DNA from: a virus
Taxonomy: Duplodnaviria; Caudoviricetes
Length of the DNA: 64,000 nt
Strand: one strand, 5' to 3'
Virus record (IMG/VR): IMGVR_UViG_2706796752_000001
Coordinates: 32,001-96,000 of that record
Position numbers and translations under genes: made by a program. Shown here piece by piece: positions 46,268 to 56,751 of this stretch (the first letter of the stretch is position 1; every line of letters begins with the position of its first letter). Below the pieces are notes generated by a model. That model had not been told where the DNA came from and searched no databases. It saw nothing but the letters and a program-made list of their open reading frames with translations.

Positions 46268-48067
46268 ATGGAAACTACTATGAACCAAAGCATTTATATT
46301 AACACATCGTTCTTTAAAAACGGTGGTGTTAGCTGTCACCAGTTACTTGTTGAGTTAACGGAAATAGCTAAAACAACAATCGATAAGACGGTACTAATGA
46401 CTAAGACTGAGATGGGTAAGCTTGTCGGTAAGTCTGTTAGTACTATTAGCACGCAGTTAAACAAACTAAAGGAGATGGGAGTATGCGATGTCGAGTCTAA
46501 ATCCGGTCGTGGAGGAAAGACATTAGTCGTATTCAACCAAGAGTTTGTTCAGTTCGCTACGTCTGAAGAATCATCTTTAGTTAACGGTACAAAACCTGAG
46601 CAACGTACTACAGAGGAGATTAAAGGTGAAGTATTAGCTATGGCTCCAAAACGTAAACCTAAAACTGACCGTAAGCGTCGTAACAGCAAGCAAATTGAAG
46701 CTGATTTATTGAAACGTCGCGCTGTTGATGGTGCTTACAATCTAGCAAACAACGACATTATCGAAGGTGTTATTCCTCAATGGGAAACATTTAAGAAGTC
46801 ACCTACAGCAGTAGAGGACTTTAAAGCATACATTGTGTCCGTTATGTACACTCGTTATGCTTATTTAGCTATCGAATCTCATAATAAACGTCATGAAAAG
46901 AACGTTGAATCGAATAAAGAGGACAGCTCATACATTGTTATGACTCGTAAAATCCCTCAAATCAATCAAAACTACTCACCGTTCAAGGATGGTGTATTCG
47001 GTTCTAAAGAAATGACGTATTTCAAGAACTTCATTAAGATGTGTGATGAGGAAGGTATTGATATTGGTACGTACCTTAGCGCACAAATGAATAGATATGC
47101 ACTTGTAACAGGTAGACTTGGTGGTAAAAACAACTCACTACCTTACTTGAGCACACTTAAATCTGCTGAAGGTATGGAGATTTACAAGAATCATATTAAG
47201 TACTGTGATAAAGGTGAGCTCCGACACTGGAAAGCTACCGCTAACTATGACAAGTACGCATTCGATGTAATTATCAGCATGTGCCAATATGCATTAACAT
47301 CTACGAACTACAATGATTACACACTAGAACGTAAGTACGATGCATTCTTTGCCCCTACAACAAACAAAGGTCTTAGTATGTTGAACTACTTTAATAATGT
47401 TAGCGAAACAATGGAAGCGAAAGGTACTAGTGAAACTTCACAACGTGCGATTAAAGACTTCATTGTTCGACAAACATTGCTATTGACAAGAGGGACAAGA
47501 GATGTTACTAAGACAGAACTATTTATGTCGGCTATGTTTAGTACTACTTTGGCGGACCTGAGCAATTCGACAAAGCATGACAATCCTACGTCGGCTATTA
47601 ACAAAGATACAGATTGGTATAACAAAGTCTGTCACACTGTAGGTAAGTACATTCTTCCTAATGCAGAAGGAACAATGACAGAGTGGAATAAGATACTACG
47701 CGATATGATTGAGATTGACAAGTATTGTAACTTCTTCAATTTAGTAGATTTAATCCAAGAGTATAAAGGTAATTACATCTCATGGGACAACCTACATGCA
47801 GCATTCAAGGAAGTAGGATTCAACACGGTACCTGTAACTAAGTTCAGTCAATTAGATATCGATGCAATTACGCGTGAGTTCTCTCCGTTTGTACTAGAGC
47901 AAGAAAGTTTCATTTCTAGCATGGGAGAATATACACCGAAGTACAACATTAAGAAGACAGAACTAGATGTAAAACGTGATGAGATTAAAGCAGAACAATT
48001 GGCAAAAGAAGTAAGTATATCAGACGATATTCAATCTACTATAGAAGCGGAGATGAAACTATGGTAA
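46268..48067 (+). CDS. Rep / origin-binding-like protein with N-terminal HTH
   Basis: KTEMGKLVGKSVSTISTQLNKLKE HTH, SKSGRGGKT wing; lies between the two helicases as in Herelleviridae. Confidence 0.7.
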   Translation: METTMNQSIYINTSFFKNGGVSCHQLLVELTEIAKTTIDKTVLMTKTEMGKLVGKSVSTISTQLNKLKEMGVCDVESKSGRGGKTLVVFNQEFVQFATSEESSLVNGTKPEQRTTEEIKGEVLAMAPKRKPKTDRKRRNSKQIEADLLKRRAVDGAYNLANNDIIEGVIPQWETFKKSPTAVEDFKAYIVSVMYTRYAYLAIESHNKRHEKNVESNKEDSSYIVMTRKIPQINQNYSPFKDGVFGSKEMTYFKNFIKMCDEEGIDIGTYLSAQMNRYALVTGRLGGKNNSLPYLSTLKSAEGMEIYKNHIKYCDKGELRHWKATANYDKYAFDVIISMCQYALTSTNYNDYTLERKYDAFFAPTTNKGLSMLNYFNNVSETMEAKGTSETSQRAIKDFIVRQTLLLTRGTRDVTKTELFMSAMFSTTLADLSNSTKHDNPTSAINKDTDWYNKVCHTVGKYILPNAEGTMTEWNKILRDMIEIDKYCNFFNLVDLIQEYKGNYISWDNLHAAFKEVGFNTVPVTKFSQLDIDAITREFSPFVLEQESFISSMGEYTPKYNIKKTELDVKRDEIKAEQLAKEVSISDDIQSTIEAEMKLW

Positions 48068-48324
48068 TACTTTTGGCTACTGGTGAACTTAGCGAAGAGC
48101 AGATGGACCAATTAAATAAAGAGACTGCGATTATATTTGAGGCTAAGTATACAGAAGCGTACGCAGAAGCCCTAAAACATTCGTATGAAGCAGCCACTAT
48201 GTTCGATGACTGGTGGCATGGGGGACTTGTATTTAATGATGAGTACAAGGACTGTATTCCCCATGATTGTTACGAACATGGTAGACATATCATAATGTGG
48301 GTAACAAGTCAAGGTTTTGGTTGA
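48061..48324 (+). CDS. Hypothetical protein
   Basis: 87-aa ORF filling the gap before the helicase; start uncertain. Confidence 0.6.
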   Translation: MVILLATGELSEEQMDQLNKETAIIFEAKYTEAYAEALKHSYEAATMFDDWWHGGLVFNDEYKDCIPHDCYEHGRHIIMWVTSQGFG

Positions 48325-48349
48325 CATTAGTTTAAAAGTGTGATATAGT
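48321..48349 (+). promoter_or_regulatory. Sigma-A-type promoter
   Basis: TTGACA-17-TATAGT with extended TG. Confidence 0.8.
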
Positions 48350-48377
48350 AGTAACATACTAGGAGAGGGGAGATTTA

Positions 48378-49856
48378 ATGAAACCAATTATTAAAGAAAT
48401 ACTTAGGAAAGGGGTAGAGTCACCTTCATTTGCAAAGGAGATTTTACCTTTACTTCCTAAATCAACACTAGAAGAGAACCACATGTACGTGGAGATTTCT
48501 CAAGTCATCCAGCATTTTTACAAGAGTAATTCGTCTCTTGCTACTGAGTCTACGTTACTGTCACTAGTGGAGCAAAAGCTAGACAGACAGAAAGCGGATG
48601 CGGAGAAGCAGCAGACATATTACGAGACAGTATCAAGTCTGTATGAGGTTCGAGATATGAGTGACGACAGTGTAATCGATGAATCTATCGAGGCTTACAT
48701 TAAGAAACATTTACGTCTTGACATTTTGAAGAAATCTGCTATGAGACTAGACGATGAAGAGTTCCAGAAGAAAGTTATCGATGACCTTCGAGATGTAGAA
48801 GCGTTAGACGTAACTGGAGGACAGAATGAAATCTTCAACGTGCTTTACGATGAGATGGAGAAACGAGCACTCCTATCATCAATCCAAAGTAATACTATTT
48901 CTACAGGTTATCGAGAGTTAGATAGATTAAATGGTGGTGGACTAGCTAAAGGTGAGCTAGGGCTAATTGCTGCCTTATCTGGTTCTGGTAAAACATTATT
49001 CATGACTAACCTAGCTACAATGTACGTTAAGAAAGGTTATAACGTTCTGTATGTAGCATTAGAGGAAAAGAAAGACCGTATGACACTACGATTCGAGCAA
49101 TCTATGTTAGCGCAGACTCGTGGGGATATCATCGATGGAGATAACCTAGATGAAGAGAAGTTTAAGAAGAGACAAGCTATCTATCATAAACTTAAAGGTA
49201 AGCTTGGTAATTTACTATTCTCTCGTTATTCACCACAAACTATTACACTAGCAAAGATTGAGCAATTACTATCCGATGCGATGTTACGTTTAGGGATTCC
49301 AGTAGACGTACTGATTATCGATTACCCAGAATTATTACGTAACCCTAATGCAACAGGTAACGAATCTGATGATGGTGGTAAACTATTTGAAGAGGTTCGA
49401 CGTGTAGCACAAGACTTTAACGTAGTAACGTGGGCAGCTTCACAGCTTAACCGTTCAGCTTATAACGCAATCATTCGTACATCAGAACACATGGAAGGTT
49501 CAGTACGTAAGAAGAATGCTTGTGAGTTGGTATTGATTGTCAACCAGTATCCCGAAGAGTACAAAGCAGGGTTCCTTCGTATGTACGCGGATAAGGTCCG
49601 AAATCCTCCCGAAGGTGTATACGATAAGATGTTAGGCTTTGTTGTAGATGGGACAAGACAGTTAATACGAGATTACAAGTTTGATGAAGGTTCCGGTAAT
49701 CAAACATCAGCGGAAGAGAAAGCACACAGAGCATTACTTGCAGAGATTGAAAATGATGGTATGGACTTTGGTAAAGGGAAGCAAAAGCAACCTCAATCTA
49801 AAATAGCTATGCCTAACTTAAGTGATGAAATAAATAAAGCAGTTGGAGGGAAATAA
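48378..49856 (+). CDS. DnaB-like replicative helicase
   Basis: ALSGSGKT Walker A, YVALEE, LIIDY, ASQLNR. Confidence 0.93.
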   Translation: MKPIIKEILRKGVESPSFAKEILPLLPKSTLEENHMYVEISQVIQHFYKSNSSLATESTLLSLVEQKLDRQKADAEKQQTYYETVSSLYEVRDMSDDSVIDESIEAYIKKHLRLDILKKSAMRLDDEEFQKKVIDDLRDVEALDVTGGQNEIFNVLYDEMEKRALLSSIQSNTISTGYRELDRLNGGGLAKGELGLIAALSGSGKTLFMTNLATMYVKKGYNVLYVALEEKKDRMTLRFEQSMLAQTRGDIIDGDNLDEEKFKKRQAIYHKLKGKLGNLLFSRYSPQTITLAKIEQLLSDAMLRLGIPVDVLIIDYPELLRNPNATGNESDDGGKLFEEVRRVAQDFNVVTWAASQLNRSAYNAIIRTSEHMEGSVRKKNACELVLIVNQYPEEYKAGFLRMYADKVRNPPEGVYDKMLGFVVDGTRQLIRDYKFDEGSGNQTSAEEKAHRALLAEIENDGMDFGKGKQKQPQSKIAMPNLSDEINKAVGGK

Positions 49857-49857
49857 C

Positions 49858-50160
49858 ATGAAAAAGGGATTAGCAGCTTTAGCATTAACTAGTACACTAT
49901 TAGTTGGAGCCATCACTGGATGTGCGGCTAGTAAGTCTGAAGAGAAACCAAAAGATAAGTCAGAGAAAACAGCAGCAGAGAAACGTGGTGTGGACATCTG
50001 GGCTATGAAAGGTACTACTGAAGTACACTATGAAGGAAAAGACATCAAAGATTACTACCGCTCAAATAAGTCCGGCACTCTAGTGATTACTTTCAAAAAT
50101 GGTAAAGAAGTAGTAGTTACAAATTACCATCTAGAGGAGGAACACCCTAATGCGGAATAA
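49858..50160 (+). CDS. Putative lipoprotein
   Basis: MKK plus hydrophobic stretch plus lipobox ITGC; ATG at 49858 after GGAGG. Confidence 0.75.
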   Translation: MKKGLAALALTSTLLVGAITGCAASKSEEKPKDKSEKTAAEKRGVDIWAMKGTTEVHYEGKDIKDYYRSNKSGTLVITFKNGKEVVVTNYHLEEEHPNAE

Positions 50161-51247
50161 TATTATCTGTTTCTCGGACTTTCATTGGCACAACTGGAGT
50201 ACATTCGCTAAACCACAAATATTTACCTACAACGGTAAGGAAATTGAAGCTACCGATAGACTAGTAGCTCAGTGGAACACGATTGATAAAATCTTTGAGT
50301 TAGCGGATGAGCATAATGCACATATTGTGTTTGCAGGGGATTACTATCATGCTCGTAAACGTGTGGAGTCATTAGTGTTCAACATGGGGTTCAATGCGAT
50401 TAAGGAGAACATGGATAAGCGACCTGATATAGAACTGTTCATGGTAGTAGGTAATCACGACCAATCTGACTCTTCTAGGATACCAGAGCACTCGTTAGAG
50501 CAGTTTAAAGCGATTAACAATGTATTTGTATTAGACGACTTCCAAAGCTTCCAGACGGACAGCGTAGTCATTTATCCAGTGTCTTATTCTGACGATGTTG
50601 ACTTTGTAAAAGAACAGATTGACAGATTTGCAGTAGAGGCGGAACAAGAAGAGAGACTTACAATGTTAGTAGCTCACCTCGGCGTAGATGGTAGTGAAAC
50701 GGGAAGACACTCACACCGATTAGGTGGAGCGTTTAGTATTGCTGACCTAAACCCAGACTCATTCACGTACATCGTTCTAGGACACTACCATAAACGACAG
50801 TATATAGGGAAATGGGACAGTGTATTCTATTGCGGCAATACGTTGCAAGAAAGCTTCTCTGATGAGGGACAAGTAAAAGGTGTGTTCTTGGTTAACGGAG
50901 AGTATTACGAGAAACCTATATTCATTGAGATTCCTAATAAACAGTTCATCACTATCACCGAGATTGATGAGAATACTGAGCAAACTGTGAAAGACCATTA
51001 TGTACGATTTGTCATCCCACAAGAGTTAGCTGTAGAAGTAGCTGCAATTACAGAGGACGTACCAACAGCTCGAATTGAAGTACAGAGGGAGTTTAAGTCT
51101 GAAGTACGTATCGATATCAAGGTAGATTCTACTGAGGAGGATATTGTCGATGCATATACGGACGAGTTCTTTACGCATACTAAGAGTAAGGCGCTAGCAA
51201 TCATTAAAGAGGCGAAACAGCGAAAGGCGGAGATTGACAATGAGTAG
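50150..51247 (+). CDS. SbcD/Mre11-like metallophosphoesterase nuclease
   Basis: SDFH, AGD, GNHD, LGHYH motifs. Confidence 0.93.
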   Translation: MRNNIICFSDFHWHNWSTFAKPQIFTYNGKEIEATDRLVAQWNTIDKIFELADEHNAHIVFAGDYYHARKRVESLVFNMGFNAIKENMDKRPDIELFMVVGNHDQSDSSRIPEHSLEQFKAINNVFVLDDFQSFQTDSVVIYPVSYSDDVDFVKEQIDRFAVEAEQEERLTMLVAHLGVDGSETGRHSHRLGGAFSIADLNPDSFTYIVLGHYHKRQYIGKWDSVFYCGNTLQESFSDEGQVKGVFLVNGEYYEKPIFIEIPNKQFITITEIDENTEQTVKDHYVRFVIPQELAVEVAAITEDVPTARIEVQREFKSEVRIDIKVDSTEEDIVDAYTDEFFTHTKSKALAIIKEAKQRKAEIDNE

Positions 51248-51614
51248 AATGGAGTATCTTACAGACAAAGAACAAGAACTTAGAGATAAAATAGAAATCG
51301 AGATACAGAATGGAACTTACGACTTAGCTAAAACGACACTCAGTAGATTAACAGACAATCAAAAGTTGATAACTAGGGAACTAGAGAATCAAGCGATACC
51401 TTTAGGATACGACCTAGACTTTGATAGCATTGAAGTTGGAGACAAGTTTAGAGAGGAGTCCTCAACTACTGACATTGATGGAATCTATTATGTTCATGAA
51501 GTATTATACATCGCGAAAGAGGTAGATAGCTCAGGGAATCGAACGTTATTTGCAAAGGTATCTTACGAGAATGATTTCTGGTACGGAACTATGGACGAAG
51601 ACTATTTTAAATAA
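51240..51614 (+). CDS. Hypothetical protein
   Basis: ATG overlaps the nuclease end; followed by terminator 51598-51626. Confidence 0.7.
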   Translation: MSRMEYLTDKEQELRDKIEIEIQNGTYDLAKTTLSRLTDNQKLITRELENQAIPLGYDLDFDSIEVGDKFREESSTTDIDGIYYVHEVLYIAKEVDSSGNRTLFAKVSYENDFWYGTMDEDYFK

Positions 51615-51627
51615 TAGTCTTTTTTTC

Positions 51628-51656
51628 TTGACTTTTTTATGGTATTATGATATATT
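51628..51656 (+). promoter_or_regulatory. Sigma-A-type promoter
   Basis: TTGACT-17-TATATT with extended TG. Confidence 0.7.
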
Positions 51657-51685
51657 TGGTTTACATCAAATAAAGGAGGAGAAAA

Positions 51686-51868
51686 ATGAATAAGTTCCAA
51701 AGTATGATGAAACGAATTATCGATGGGTACTATAACAAAGAGCAAGTGTTCTTCGAAGAAGGAACAGGATGGTATAGCCGCTTAGACGGTAAGTACGTAG
51801 ACGCTAATGTAATCGAGCGTTACGTAGAAGACATTTTGAATTACTACGAAGTGAGGGAAAGCGAATGA
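51686..51868 (+). CDS. Hypothetical protein
   Basis: SD AAGGAGG; coupled to SbcC-like gene by ATGA overlap. Confidence 0.75.
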   Translation: MNKFQSMMKRIIDGYYNKEQVFFEEGTGWYSRLDGKYVDANVIERYVEDILNYYEVRESE

Positions 51869-53754
51869 TTTGGGAGAAGTTAATTGTAAAGAACTTCCTA
51901 GCTATCAATGACGCTGAGATTCCACTAGAGAACCAAGGTCTTATTTTGATAGAAGGGGAAAATAAGAGTGACGATAAATTTGAGTCTAACGGAGCAGGTA
52001 AATCATCTCTAGTAGCTGAGCCGATTCGTTGGGTTTTATATAATAAGATTTCCAAGGGTGGCGGCAGTGACGACGTTGTAAATGACAAGGTTGGCAAGGA
52101 TACTGAAGTGACACTTATTGGACGAGATGGTGATGACCGTTACGAGATTTCTAGATATAGAAAGCATAGTAAGTTTGGTAATAAGGTGCTTGTATATCGT
52201 AACGGAACCAACATCACAGAGAAGAGTAACACAGGTACAGACACGCTTATCGAGCAACTTGTTGGTATCTCACACTTAACCTTCATCAATAGTATTCTAT
52301 TTGCACAAGGAGAGGGTATTGGTTCTTTTGCATCTTTAACAGATAGCAAGAAGAAAGAAATACTAGAGTCGGTTTTAAAGCTAGACGTCTACTCTACAGC
52401 GCAGCAGATTGCTAAAGATAAAGTTAGTGAGACAGAAGGTAAGATTGAGGATAAAAAGAAAGAAAAAGAGAAGCTGCAATGGGAACTATCACAAGTTGAT
52501 GTATTGGAGCAGAACGATAAAGCAAACTATGAATCTACGAAAAACAACATCATCAACGGACGTAAGCAATTAGAGCTAGCGGTAAAAGAGTTAAACGATT
52601 ATCCAGCAGCTAACTTCGGTCTTATCGAGAAAGATAGGGATACCAAGAAACTACTAGAAGAACAAATAGCAGAGATAGCAAATGTAGATACAAGTAAAGA
52701 GGAAGAGACAGTAGCCAAGGTTCAAGACATCTTACAAAAGTTCTCAAATAAGGATAAAGAGCTAAGGATGCAACAGAAGACACTATTGAAGAATTACAAG
52801 GCACTTGATGCTACAGATATTTGTCCGGTATGTGGTTCACAGGTAGATGTTTCGCACATTAAAACAGAGCAGAATAATATTAAAACAGAAGTGCAAGTTG
52901 TTGTTAACGCACTAAAGCAGTTAGAACTTAAGTTCCAGCCATACTCCGGTCTTATGGACAAAGCTAGTGCAGCATTAGACGCTAAACGAAAAGAACAACG
53001 AGACGTGATAAACCAGATTCAAGGTATGCAGCAGCATATAACAAAGTTAGACAACAACATCCGCAACTATGAACATCAGTTACAGTTGTTGAAGAATAAC
53101 AAGGACGCAGTTGTATCACGATTAGAAATGCTAGAAGAAACACCGGAACCAAAACCACGTACAGCTGAGCGTAAGAAATGGTCCGATGCTATCGCTAAAG
53201 TGGACAAAGAAATTATCGAACTAGAGAAAGAGAAGTTAGAAGACGAAGATGTTGTAAAAGTATTCTCTAACGATGGAGTTAAATCTCACGTACTAGATTT
53301 AATTACACCAGAGCTTAATAAAAAAGGTAACGAGTTCCTTAAACGTTTAGCAGGGGAAAACATGGAGCTAAACTTTACTACTCGTACCCTTAAGAAAGAT
53401 AAAACGTACTCGGACAAGTTTGATGTGCAGGTAACCAACCGTGTAGGAGGTAAGAACTACAAGTTAGCATCTGGAGGGGAAAAGAAACGTGCTGACCTAG
53501 CTATTTCTCTTGCATTACAGGATATCGTGTCACACTATACGAACTTTGTTGTATGTGATGAGTTCTTCGATGCTTTAGATGAAAAAGGTATTGAGTCATC
53601 TATTGAGGTATTGAAAGACATCGCTAATAAAGTTGGTACAGTGTTCGTAATCACACAATCTAGTCATTTTAAATCCTTATTCGAGAAGGTTATAACAGTT
53701 ACAAAAGACAACACGGGAATTTCTAAAATTAAAACAGAGGAGAGAAAAAAGTAA
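51865..53754 (+). CDS. SbcC/Rad50-like ATPase
   Basis: NGAGKSS, Q-loop FAQG, CPVC zinc hook, ASGGE signature, VVCDE Walker B. Confidence 0.93.
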   Translation: MIWEKLIVKNFLAINDAEIPLENQGLILIEGENKSDDKFESNGAGKSSLVAEPIRWVLYNKISKGGGSDDVVNDKVGKDTEVTLIGRDGDDRYEISRYRKHSKFGNKVLVYRNGTNITEKSNTGTDTLIEQLVGISHLTFINSILFAQGEGIGSFASLTDSKKKEILESVLKLDVYSTAQQIAKDKVSETEGKIEDKKKEKEKLQWELSQVDVLEQNDKANYESTKNNIINGRKQLELAVKELNDYPAANFGLIEKDRDTKKLLEEQIAEIANVDTSKEEETVAKVQDILQKFSNKDKELRMQQKTLLKNYKALDATDICPVCGSQVDVSHIKTEQNNIKTEVQVVVNALKQLELKFQPYSGLMDKASAALDAKRKEQRDVINQIQGMQQHITKLDNNIRNYEHQLQLLKNNKDAVVSRLEMLEETPEPKPRTAERKKWSDAIAKVDKEIIELEKEKLEDEDVVKVFSNDGVKSHVLDLITPELNKKGNEFLKRLAGENMELNFTTRTLKKDKTYSDKFDVQVTNRVGGKNYKLASGGEKKRADLAISLALQDIVSHYTNFVVCDEFFDALDEKGIESSIEVLKDIANKVGTVFVITQSSHFKSLFEKVITVTKDNTGISKIKTEERKK

Positions 53755-54342
53755 ATGAAAATTAAAAATCACTCAGTGGAGAGTATCGAGCTAGTGCTCG
53801 AGAATACAAACAATGAAAAGGAAAATGTGTCATACTTCTTCCCGAAGACAAACATGGTCTTCTGGTACCCATTAAATAACGGATATGAGTACAAGCACTC
53901 AGACGCACGAGGGTTCATGTATATCACACAGGATAAACTTGCTACAGTGGACGTGTATAAAGTAGTTAGAGCTAAACGAGCTAAGAAGTTACCACAGAAG
54001 AACGGTATCCCGTTCAGTCAGGATATCTTCAATAAGAACTTAGCTACACTTAAGTGGGCAAAACAGAACGGGTATGTAACATACGATAGTAACTACGTAT
54101 TTACAGGGAACTACGATGAATCTATTAAACGAGTATTAACAGACTTACGAGCGTTAGAATCTATGTTAAAGTCTAGATACTACTCTAAGCACCTATGGAA
54201 CGTACAAGATATCCTTGAAGATAAAGCAGAGTTAAATTTCCACGAAGTAGCAACAGCAGCAGAGAAGAACCGTATCCGCTTATTCGGCGAAACGTACGCA
54301 TACCTTCGCATGAGCGCACGAGCAGGTGTTACGAATGCATAA
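53755..54342 (+). CDS. Conserved hypothetical protein
   Basis: 195-aa ORF between SbcC and primase. Confidence 0.7.
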   Translation: MKIKNHSVESIELVLENTNNEKENVSYFFPKTNMVFWYPLNNGYEYKHSDARGFMYITQDKLATVDVYKVVRAKRAKKLPQKNGIPFSQDIFNKNLATLKWAKQNGYVTYDSNYVFTGNYDESIKRVLTDLRALESMLKSRYYSKHLWNVQDILEDKAELNFHEVATAAEKNRIRLFGETYAYLRMSARAGVTNA

Positions 54343-54508
54343 ATCAGACAAAGCATATATCACTAAACTAGTAGAAGAATTATCCGCTACGGTAGACCAC
54401 GGTGAATGCTTTTATGAAGAAGCAGAAATGAATGAGTATCTGGACCTATTGACAAGGTTAAGGGAACGAAGTGTAGCGTTATTCATTCATAATCAACGAG
54501 AAGACTAG
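54335..54508 (+). CDS. Hypothetical protein
   Basis: 57-aa ORF, ATG overlapping the upstream gene end. Confidence 0.55.
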   Translation: MHKSDKAYITKLVEELSATVDHGECFYEEAEMNEYLDLLTRLRERSVALFIHNQRED

Positions 54509-54523
54509 AAAGGGTGAGTTGAG

Positions 54524-55600
54524 ATGTTCATGGATTTTGTAGAGCAAGAGCTGGGTATAGGTGTTCCGGCAAACGGTGAGATGCGTTTCAACTGCCCTTT
54601 CTGTGGTAACGATAAGCATAAGCTATACGTAGAGACGAATCCTAGAGGATTATGGCAATGTAAACGTTGTGGTGAAGCAGGGTATCCTATCAGCTTTGTT
54701 ATGAAACTGTATGAAGTAGGGTACAGACCCGCTAGAGAAATTCTAGAAGGGTACGATTATGACCCAGACGAGTACCGAAAGGGTAACATGTCTCACACAC
54801 GTTATGGTGCTGAACTGACTGAGGAGGAGCAGTTGCTTCTCTTCATCGTCAATGAAGGTCGAGATGTTAATACAGGTATCGAAGTAAATACGAAAAAGAA
54901 GTGTCCTAAGCCACCAACAAACTGTAAGAGGTTGCTAGATAACTTTAATAATCCAGAAGCGTATCCTTTCTTACAGTACTTACACGGTCGAGGTGTTTCT
55001 ATTGAACAGATAAAACAATGTGATGCGCATTACACATTAGAGGGAATTGTCTACTTAGAAAATGATAAGACACTAACTCTACGAAACAGTCTCGTATTCT
55101 TCACTTTTAACAACGCTGGTAAGCCCGTGTACTGGAATACTCGCTCGATTGATAGTAACGCTTATATAAAATCATTTAACGCCACAGCGAGGGACTGGGA
55201 GTACTCACGTAAGGACGTAGTGATGGGATTAGATAGAGTTGGAGATAACCACAAAGTTATTATCGTAGAGGGATTCTTTAATATGACAACACTAGGTGAT
55301 GGTGCTGTAGTTACTTTCGGTAAACAAGTAACGAACGACCAGATTGATTTAATCCTAAAAGCTACACAGAAATGGAAACAACCAATCTATCTGTACTTGG
55401 ATAGAGATGCAAAGCTTGAGATGATTCGTACAGCTAACGTTATACGAGAGAAAGAACCATCTCGCGAAGTATACTTTGTCTATAGCGAAGATGACCGCGA
55501 TGCCAACGATTTAGGATTTCAAGATGCGTGGGCTAGAGTCAACAATGCGATAAAGGCAGATGCCGAAGGTATATTAAAACTAGAATTACTATACATGTAG
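54524..55600 (+). CDS. DNA primase
   Basis: CPFC...CKRC Zn finger; TOPRIM IVEGFF and YLDRD. Confidence 0.92.
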   Translation: MFMDFVEQELGIGVPANGEMRFNCPFCGNDKHKLYVETNPRGLWQCKRCGEAGYPISFVMKLYEVGYRPAREILEGYDYDPDEYRKGNMSHTRYGAELTEEEQLLLFIVNEGRDVNTGIEVNTKKKCPKPPTNCKRLLDNFNNPEAYPFLQYLHGRGVSIEQIKQCDAHYTLEGIVYLENDKTLTLRNSLVFFTFNNAGKPVYWNTRSIDSNAYIKSFNATARDWEYSRKDVVMGLDRVGDNHKVIIVEGFFNMTTLGDGAVVTFGKQVTNDQIDLILKATQKWKQPIYLYLDRDAKLEMIRTANVIREKEPSREVYFVYSEDDRDANDLGFQDAWARVNNAIKADAEGILKLELLYM

Positions 55601-55605
55601 GAGGG

Positions 55606-55872
55606 GTGAACATGGAAGAAACTAAGAACGCGTACATGAACATTGAGAAGATAAAACAAGATTATCCGGATGAGTATGCAGCTAAGCTATTTATCTGTAA
55701 AGCATGTAACTATTATTGTACTTCAATAGATGGGTTATTTTCTCCAGAGAATCTAAAATATCTAGCAAACTGTACAGCCGATGACTTCTACGATGATACG
55801 ACAGAGACTATCTCCAAGCATGGTATGGACGCTGTCACATTACACGGTCTAGTAAATTGGAAACCTTTTTAA
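55606..55872 (+). CDS. Hypothetical protein
   Basis: SD AGGAGG; start probably ATG at 55612. Confidence 0.65.
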   Translation: MNMEETKNAYMNIEKIKQDYPDEYAAKLFICKACNYYCTSIDGLFSPENLKYLANCTADDFYDDTTETISKHGMDAVTLHGLVNWKPF

Positions 55873-55881
55873 AATAAAGTG

Positions 55882-55910
55882 TTGACAATCTATTAATCGT
55901 GTGATATAGT
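55882..55910 (+). promoter_or_regulatory. Sigma-A-type promoter
   Basis: TTGACA-17-TATAGT with extended TG. Confidence 0.8.
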
Positions 55911-55941
55911 TTAATAGTAGATAAAACAAGGAGGAGATTAT

Positions 55942-56751
55942 ATGACAGACGAATTAAAAGTATCAGAATTACCAGTTAAAGTTGTACTAGGAGATGGAGC
56001 TAAGATTCCTAAGAATGCGCACGGAGATGACTTCTGTGATGACGTATATGCAGCGGAAGGACGTTTAGTTCCACCAGCTACATTTAAATCAATTTTAGTA
56101 CCAACAAACGTAACTACTGAGTTCGATGCAAAGTATGGGCTTAAGTTAAACACACGAAGTGGTATGGGATATAAGACGCCTTTAATTCTAGCTAACGCAA
56201 CAGGTATTATCGAAGCTAGCTACCGAGGTACAATTGGAGTGTTACTACGAAACACATTTGTAGGAAGTAGCTTAGTAGATTTTGTATTCGATACATCAGG
56301 TAACCGAGTACCTTATACCGAGATTCCAAAGGAGCTAATCACACAAGCTCGTGAATTCTTCGAAGAAGAAAGTGAATTCTTAGGATATGGTAAACCCGAA
56401 AGTATGGAAGATTTTAAGAAAGAGATGAACGCATGGTTAGAACGTAGTAAGACTGGAGAATTTGGAGAAGGTAATATTTCTAGAATCCAGCATTTACTAA
56501 ACAATGGTGAACAATTAAATATGAAAGATGCGGCGACATGGGTAGACCGCGTGGCACCTAAACCATCTGCAAAACAACGTCTATTCTATGACCTATTCCC
56601 TGTTGGAACTGTTATGGTAGAAAAAGGAGAACGTATCGCTCAGATTCACTTCCAAGAAATCGTTCGAGCTAAGTATGAAGAAATCACTAAAGAAGGATTG
56701 TCAGAGACAGCTCGCGGTGATAAAAAATATGGAGGAACGGGAGTGAAGTAA
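55942..56751 (+). CDS. dut: Trimeric dUTPase-family protein with large insertion
   Basis: Motifs RSG, GIIEASYRG, GERIAQ, RGDKKYGGTG. Confidence 0.85.
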   Translation: MTDELKVSELPVKVVLGDGAKIPKNAHGDDFCDDVYAAEGRLVPPATFKSILVPTNVTTEFDAKYGLKLNTRSGMGYKTPLILANATGIIEASYRGTIGVLLRNTFVGSSLVDFVFDTSGNRVPYTEIPKELITQAREFFEEESEFLGYGKPESMEDFKKEMNAWLERSKTGEFGEGNISRIQHLLNNGEQLNMKDAATWVDRVAPKPSAKQRLFYDLFPVGTVMVEKGERIAQIHFQEIVRAKYEEITKEGLSETARGDKKYGGTGVK

